Part shown: positions 59,665 to 64,000 of the stretch, piece by piece
Numbering within the stretch: the stretch's first letter is position 1
Layout of the letters: each line of letters starts with the position of its first letter
Origin: Burkholderiales bacterium
Lineage (GTDB): Bacteria; Pseudomonadota; Gammaproteobacteria; Burkholderiales; SG8-39
Reading direction: 5' to 3'
NCBI GenBank assembly: GCA_040902335.1
Contig: JBBDXL010000170.1
Location: 9,283-73,282, forward strand
DNA length: 64,000 nt
Made by a program: the position numbers and the translations under genes
Notes under the pieces: generated by a model
What the model was told of the DNA's origin: nothing
What the model saw: only the letters and a program-made list of their open reading frames with translations
Database searches by the model: none

Positions 59665-60549
59665 ATGATCAGGATCAAAGGCTGCGCAGCCGCCCTGTGC
59701 CTCGCGTTACTCGCCGCGCCGGCGGCGGCGCAGGCGCCCTGGGTGAGCACCCAGTACCCGCAGGACGCGTCCAAGTGGTGGTGGGACGACGCCTGGTGGG
59801 AGCGCGGCCGCATGCCCGGGGCGGCCAATTACGACGTCGCGTCGCGCGACGCGTCCTACCGCAGCGGCGACGTCGAGGTGCCGGTGGAGATCCACGTCCC
59901 CAAGGGACCGAAGCACTTTCCGATGGTCGTCTTTTTCCACGGCCGGCGCGGCATCGACCCCGTGACCCGGCTCGCGCCGCTGCGGCTTGCCGCGCGGGGT
60001 TTCACCGTCGTGGCCCCGGACCTGTACTCCGGCCGCTTCATCGCCCCCTACCCCATTCGGCACGACGCGGCCCTGGAGGAGGACGCGGCGCGCGCGATCG
60101 ACTTCGCCCTTTCGCTCCCCGAAGCGCGCGGCCAGGCGAAGACCTGCGTCGTCTCGCACACGCGCGGCGGCTACTACTCCCTCAAGGCGCTGGTGACGAA
60201 AGGCCGCCAGGCGAAGACCGCGTGCTACATCTCGTACTACCCGCACTGGCAGCACCCGGAGGCGCCCGAGCCGGAGCAGGTCTACCGCTACGCCGCCGAG
60301 GTCGATGCGCTCACGGTGCCGGTGCTCGTCTTCTTCGGCGAGCACGAGCAGTACCAGCGCTCGCGCTCGATCCTCGCCGGCATCGACGCGCTGCAGGACA
60401 AGAAGCGCGACGCGCGCGTGATCGTCTATCCGGGCGTCGGCCGCGCGTTCGACTTTCGCCCGCGCGAGGTGCGCACCTTCGCCGACGACCTCGCGGCCCA
60501 GGACGCGCTGCGGCGCACGGCGGAATTCATCAGGAGGCACTTGCCATGA
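59665..60549 (+). CDS. dienelactone hydrolase family protein, secreted
   Basis: 294-aa product MIRIKGCAAALCLALLAAPAAAQA... with VVFFHGRRG, a nucleophile region VVSHTRGG and a C-terminal YPGVGRAF. Confidence 0.8.
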   Translation: MIRIKGCAAALCLALLAAPAAAQAPWVSTQYPQDASKWWWDDAWWERGRMPGAANYDVASRDASYRSGDVEVPVEIHVPKGPKHFPMVVFFHGRRGIDPVTRLAPLRLAARGFTVVAPDLYSGRFIAPYPIRHDAALEEDAARAIDFALSLPEARGQAKTCVVSHTRGGYYSLKALVTKGRQAKTACYISYYPHWQHPEAPEPEQVYRYAAEVDALTVPVLVFFGEHEQYQRSRSILAGIDALQDKKRDARVIVYPGVGRAFDFRPREVRTFADDLAAQDALRRTAEFIRRHLP

Positions 60550-61022
60550 AACCCATTCGCATCCTCAGATGGCTCGCACTCGCGGCGCTGCTCGCGAGCG
60601 CCCAGGCGACGGCGCAGGTCGCCAAGGTCGTCTGGCACGTCGATTTCGCCGAGCCGCGCCGGCTGAGCGCGATGATCCAGAACGTGAACAACATGGTGAC
60701 CACCTACCAGGGCAACCTCGAGGACTACGAGGTACGCGTCGTGTTCCTCGCGGGCGGCATCCGCTTCCTGACCAGCGACCCGCTCAAGGGCACGCCGTTC
60801 GAGGAAGACGACGCATTCCGCAAGGCGCGCCCGGACCTGATGACGCGCCTGCAGCAGCTGAGGACGCTGCACGACGTGAAGCTGGAAGTCTGCGAGATCA
60901 CGCGCGAGCAGCTCAACCTGCCGAAGGACAAGATCATCGAGGGCGTGGCGCCGGTGCGCTCGGGCGTGGTGCGCATCGCCGAGCTGCAGGCGAAGGGTTA
61001 CGCCTACCTGAAGGTCGAGTAG
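60546..61022 (+). CDS. DsrE-related (COG1416-like) protein with signal peptide
   Basis: 158-aa product MKPIRILRWLALAALLASAQATAQVAKVVWHVDF...VEVCEITRE. ATGA overlap with the hydrolase gene. Confidence 0.7.
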   Translation: MKPIRILRWLALAALLASAQATAQVAKVVWHVDFAEPRRLSAMIQNVNNMVTTYQGNLEDYEVRVVFLAGGIRFLTSDPLKGTPFEEDDAFRKARPDLMTRLQQLRTLHDVKLEVCEITREQLNLPKDKIIEGVAPVRSGVVRIAELQAKGYAYLKVE

Positions 61023-61225
61023 GCGCGGTCTGCCAGGTCGCCGTAGAAGCGCTGGCAGATCCGGTAACGGCGCTCTTCCGGATCCAGCCCCTCGGGCAAC
61101 GAGGCCTCGACAATCTGTCGCGCGGTCTCGAACATCTCGCCGCACATGCGGACACGCTCTGCCGGCGTCAGGGCACGGAAGCGTTCGCGCATCAGCCGGC
61201 GGAATTCAGGAGTCGTGTCGTCCAT
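61004..61225 (-). CDS. hypothetical small protein (73 aa)
   Basis: ORF overlapping the upstream NTase-like gene by 20 nt. Helical; no family recognised. Confidence 0.4.
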   Translation of the reverse strand: MDDTTPEFRRLMRERFRALTPAERVRMCGEMFETARQIVEASLPEGLDPEERRYRICQRFYGDLADRAYSTFR

Positions 61226-61760
61226 TCAAAGCTGTCGTCAGCAGCGCGCTCACCGACAATTCTGCGGCGCAATATCGAAGATAGGCTTCATCGACGTCCG
61301 CTGCAAGCAGCGCCCCGACGTCCCGCATTTGCAGCTCGGATCCGGATTCCTTCGCCCACGCGAGCTTCGACAGTATCAGGTCCTCTCGGCTCACGATCCA
61401 CGCTTCGAAGCCTGGCAGCGCCACCCGCCTGCGGCGTCCGAACTCACGTTGCCGGTAGGCCGTGTCCTTGCGCACGATGAAGTCGAGCTTCACGACCTTC
61501 GCCAGATGCAGGACGTTGAACATCGCCCGCGTGGCAATTGCATGTGCGATGTCGTCCTCCGACACGTAGTAGTCCGGGGCAAAGAGCGCCGCGATCGACC
61601 TCGGATCGCGGCCGGCAAGCTCGACGACCAGATCGACATCGCGCGTCATGCGCGGCTCCGCGTAGTAGCTCAGGGCGACCGATCCCGTCAGCATGTACGC
61701 AATTCCGGCGCCTTCCAGCCGCGCGATCGCATCCTGCAGGACTTCGAGCTCGGCGCTCAT
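61206..61760 (-). CDS. nucleotidyltransferase-fold hypothetical protein
   Basis: 184-aa product MSAELEVLQDAIARLEGAGIAYMLTGSVALSYYAEPRMTRDVDLVV, the G[ST]...D.D pattern of minimal NTases. The track start 61817 would read through the palindrome. Confidence 0.5.
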   Translation of the reverse strand: MSAELEVLQDAIARLEGAGIAYMLTGSVALSYYAEPRMTRDVDLVVELAGRDPRSIAALFAPDYYVSEDDIAHAIATRAMFNVLHLAKVVKLDFIVRKDTAYRQREFGRRRRVALPGFEAWIVSREDLILSKLAWAKESGSELQMRDVGALLAADVDEAYLRYCAAELSVSALLTTALNGRHDS

Positions 61761-61786
61761 GGCGGCAATCCTATCGTGCGAGACCT

Positions 61787-61813
61787 GTAGGGTGGGCCAA
61801 TGGCCCACCCTAC
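61787..61813. repeat. REP-like GC-rich palindrome, copy 2 (GTAGGGTGGGCCA-A-TGGCCCACCCTAC)
   Basis: Perfect 13-bp inverted repeat 14 nt downstream of the soeC-like stop. Shares the GGTGGGCCAAyGGCCCACCCTAC core with 188..214. Confidence 0.5.
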
Positions 61814-61826
61814 GCACCGTCAGGGT

Positions 61827-62738
61827 TCAGGCGATCGCCTGGTAGTACAGGTTCTGCGGGTGCTTCGCCTCGGCGAAGAAGTACCAGCGCTCGGCGAGCA
61901 GGCCCGCGTACTGCAGGAGAAAGGCCGCACCGAGCAAGGGCGCCGAGAGCTTGCCGGCGAGCAGCAGCAGCGCCGGCAGCGGAAAGACGAGCGCGAGCAG
62001 CGACCAGCGCGCCGCGCGCACCACTTCGCGCGGGCGGCCGTGGAAGAACTCGCGCGTATTGAACGAGCCGCCCATCGCCCCCTGCGCGATCTGCACGATC
62101 CGCGGGTGCTTCACGCCGATGGCGGTGGCGAGCGTGGACTTCGGCCGCAGGCGCGTATTTCGAACCAGCGAGGCGAGCCGCCCCAGGTAGGCGAGCGCGC
62201 CCACGGCGAGTGCGGCGATCACGTAAGGCCGCGCGAGCGGGGTATGCAGCAGAGCGGCGAGCGCCGCCGCCGCGCTGAGGCCCGAGGCGCTGCCGAGCAG
62301 CGTGAAGTTCACGACGGTGAGCGGCGTACGCCACTCCTGCAGGAACGGCAGGCAGGCGTAGATCATCCCCGTGCAGACGAACAGCGCGAGCGCCAGCACC
62401 GCGCCCGCGACGCCGAGCGCGAGCGTTGGCTTGCCCAGCGCATGCGCCGCGCCCCAGGCGAGCACGGCCGCCATGAACGCCGGCAGCACGATCACTTCGC
62501 GCGACAGCCAGGATGTGCGCCACATGGCCGCCGAGCGCCACGCCCGCTCGGGGCGCCCGAGGTGGAAGAACGAGGCGGCGAGGCCCGCGCCGAGCAGCGC
62601 GAGCGACACCGCGGCCCCCGGCACGAACAGGGTCGATCCGCCCAGCCCCGCGAGCTCCGCCGCGAATAGCGCGAGGAACAACCCCTGGCCCGCGCCGATC
62701 AGCGTGGTGAGCAGGATCACCGACCAGGCGGGCCGCAC
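61827..62738 (-). CDS. soeC: DmsC-like membrane anchor subunit (SoeC-like)
   Basis: 303-aa polytopic membrane protein following the Fe-S subunit. Confidence 0.7.
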   Translation of the reverse strand: MRPAWSVILLTTLIGAGQGLFLALFAAELAGLGGSTLFVPGAAVSLALLGAGLAASFFHLGRPERAWRSAAMWRTSWLSREVIVLPAFMAAVLAWGAAHALGKPTLALGVAGAVLALALFVCTGMIYACLPFLQEWRTPLTVVNFTLLGSASGLSAAAALAALLHTPLARPYVIAALAVGALAYLGRLASLVRNTRLRPKSTLATAIGVKHPRIVQIAQGAMGGSFNTREFFHGRPREVVRAARWSLLALVFPLPALLLLAGKLSAPLLGAAFLLQYAGLLAERWYFFAEAKHPQNLYYQAIA

Positions 62739-62741
62739 GGC

Positions 62742-63479
62742 CTACCAGCTCGTCACGTCGTCCAGCGCCGGTGCGTCCGGCGCCGGCCGCGGCAGCAGGC
62801 CGTCGACCTTGAGCGGATTGTCGTAGCGCTCGAGCTCGTCCGGGTGCAGGCGCTTCTCGGTCTTCCTCCGCGGCAGGTAGTGGTTCGCGGGGTGCGTGCC
62901 CCATTCGGGCATCAGCGCGTAGCCGCCCTGCTCGCGGATGGCGCGCGAAGCCTGCGAGTCCGGGTCGTGGATGTCGCCGAACAGGCGCGCGTTCGTAGGA
63001 CAGGCGAGCACGCAGGCGGGCTTGCGCTCCGCCTCGGGCAGCTTCGCATCGTAGATGCGGTCGACGCACAGCGTGCATTTCTTCATCACCTTCTGCTCTT
63101 CGTCGACTTCGCGTGCGCCGTACGGGCAGGCCCAGGAGCAGTACTTGCAGCCGATGCACTTGTCGTAGTCGACGAGCACGATGCCGTCCTCGGCGCGCTT
63201 GTAGCTCGCGCCGGTCGGGCACACCGGCACGCACGGCGGGTCCTCGCAGTGCAGGCAGGACTTGGGGAAGTGGACCGTCTCGGTGTTCGGAAACTCGCCG
63301 ATCTCGAAGGTCTGCACGCGGTTGAAGAAGGTGCCCGTGGGATCGGCGCCGTAGGGGTTCTGGTCCGAGAGCGGCCCGGCCGCGCCGGCGTTGTTCCATC
63401 CTTTGCAGCTCGTCACGCAGGCGTGGCAGCCCACGCAGACGTTGAGGTCGATGACCAGCGCGAGTTGCTTCGTGGTCAT
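62742..63479 (-). CDS. soeB: 4Fe-4S ferredoxin-type subunit of a cytoplasm-facing molybdopterin oxidoreductase (SoeB-like sulfite dehydrogenase subunit)
   Basis: 245-aa product MTTKQLALVIDLNVCVGCHACVTSCK... with four Cys clusters and no Tat signal. Confidence 0.8.
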   Translation of the reverse strand: MTTKQLALVIDLNVCVGCHACVTSCKGWNNAGAAGPLSDQNPYGADPTGTFFNRVQTFEIGEFPNTETVHFPKSCLHCEDPPCVPVCPTGASYKRAEDGIVLVDYDKCIGCKYCSWACPYGAREVDEEQKVMKKCTLCVDRIYDAKLPEAERKPACVLACPTNARLFGDIHDPDSQASRAIREQGGYALMPEWGTHPANHYLPRRKTEKRLHPDELERYDNPLKVDGLLPRPAPDAPALDDVTSW

Positions 63480-64000
63480 GCCGGGGAAATCCTCACGCGC
63501 ACGTCGTACCAGCCCGCCTGCCCCGTGACCGGATCGGAATTCGACGTGTCGCCGGGCAGCCGGTCGGAAATGAGGGAGTTCAGGATAAAGCCGCGCGTGA
63601 ATTCGTTGGCGTCGGGCGCGAGACCCCAGGCGCCCGGCGACTTGCCGATCGCGTTCCAGGTCCACACGGTGCCGGGCTCGACCGCCTCGCTGTGGCGGCC
63701 CATGCAGCGCACGCGCCCCCACTGCGACTCGACCCACATCCACGCGCCGTCCGCGATGCCCTGGGCCGACGCGGTGCGCGGATTGACGAACAGGTAGTTG
63801 TGGGGGTGGATCTGCCGCAGCCACGCGTTCTGCGAGTCCCACGAGTGGTACATGGCCATCGGCCGCTGCGTGATCGCGGCGAGCGGGTATTCCCGGGTAT
63901 CGGTCGCCTGCGCTTCGAGCGGCGCGCTGTAGAAGGGCAGCGGATCGAAGTGTGTCGCCACGCGTCGCGCGAGGCGCTCGGGCGGGCGCCGGCCAGGCCA
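63476..64000 (-). CDS. soeA: molybdopterin oxidoreductase catalytic subunit, C-terminal part (SoeA-like; continues beyond window)
   Basis: The frame stays open to position 64000. The C-terminal molydopterin_dinucleotide-binding barrel pattern is present (NPRTASAQGIADGAWMWVESQWGRVRC...DPVTGQAGWYDVRVRI). Confidence 0.8.
   Translation of the reverse strand, partial: WPGRRPPERLARRVATHFDPLPFYSAPLEAQATDTREYPLAAITQRPMAMYHSWDSQNAWLRQIHPHNYLFVNPRTASAQGIADGAWMWVESQWGRVRCMGRHSEAVEPGTVWTWNAIGKSPGAWGLAPDANEFTRGFILNSLISDRLPGDTSNSDPVTGQAGWYDVRVRISPA

Noticed and set aside
61004-61760. NTase-fold gene plus overlapping 73-aa gene as a toxin-antitoxin (MNT/HEPN-like or AbiE-like) pair.
   Set aside because: The small partner shows no HEPN Rx4-6H motif or antitoxin HTH that I can recognise. 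I therefore report both only as hypothetical proteins.
1-64000. rRNA, tRNA, tmRNA, riboswitch, transposase or integrase genes.
   Set aside because: None of the non-coding gaps is long enough or shows cloverleaf-like or other recognisable RNA signatures; the largest are 8900..9084, 25354..25577 and 56750..56883. No ORF has DDE, tyrosine-recombinase or serine-recombinase motifs.

Overview
GC-rich bacterial chromosomal window (roughly two-thirds G+C by eye, so every frame carries long spurious antisense ORFs). I found no rRNA, tRNA, CRISPR array, transposase or integrase. The content points to a chemolithotrophic or phototrophic sulfur oxidiser. It holds a complete oxidative-type dsr operon on the minus strand (dsrABEFHCMKLJOPN, an extra dsrC-like gene, then dsrR; 25578..37982). 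It also holds soeABC-like sulfite dehydrogenase genes (61827..64000, soeA truncated by the window edge), an SQR-like/DsrE-like/DUF302 cluster (56884..61022) and a TusA/DsrE/CsoR-like sulfur-relay module (48868..50999). The left third is housekeeping or accessory metabolism. It contains a long translationally coupled operon mixing fumarate-reductase/SDH-like subunits, a class I Fe-S hydro-lyase, a chalcone-isomerase-like protein and an ABC importer (211..8355). It also contains UxaA-type dehydratase, PhoD, tsaC-purE-purC-aldolase, a cysG-Rieske-TrpD-like-YeeE-GlcG operon, a ferredoxin reductase and a GAF-kinase/NarL-type pair. Most interesting observations: (1) two tight operons next to dsrA combine 2OG-Fe(II) oxygenases with cysteine-depleted DsrC/TusE paralogues. 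One also contains an orphan Cas6/Cmx6-like protein (38117..40723). The other contains two oxygenases plus a DNA-binding-domain-less S24 peptidase (44032..46582). (2) Six DsrC-family genes show stepwise loss of the two functional cysteines. (3) A small AhpD/CMD-like gene, missed by the ORF track, has an in-frame TGA at the second position of its CxxC motif and a SECIS-like hairpin downstream, making it a candidate selenoprotein (13431..13688). (4) An AbiEi/AbiEii toxin-antitoxin insertion is bracketed by two ~90% identical DsrC-like genes. All functional calls come from reading the translated ORFs against remembered family motifs; no database search was run.
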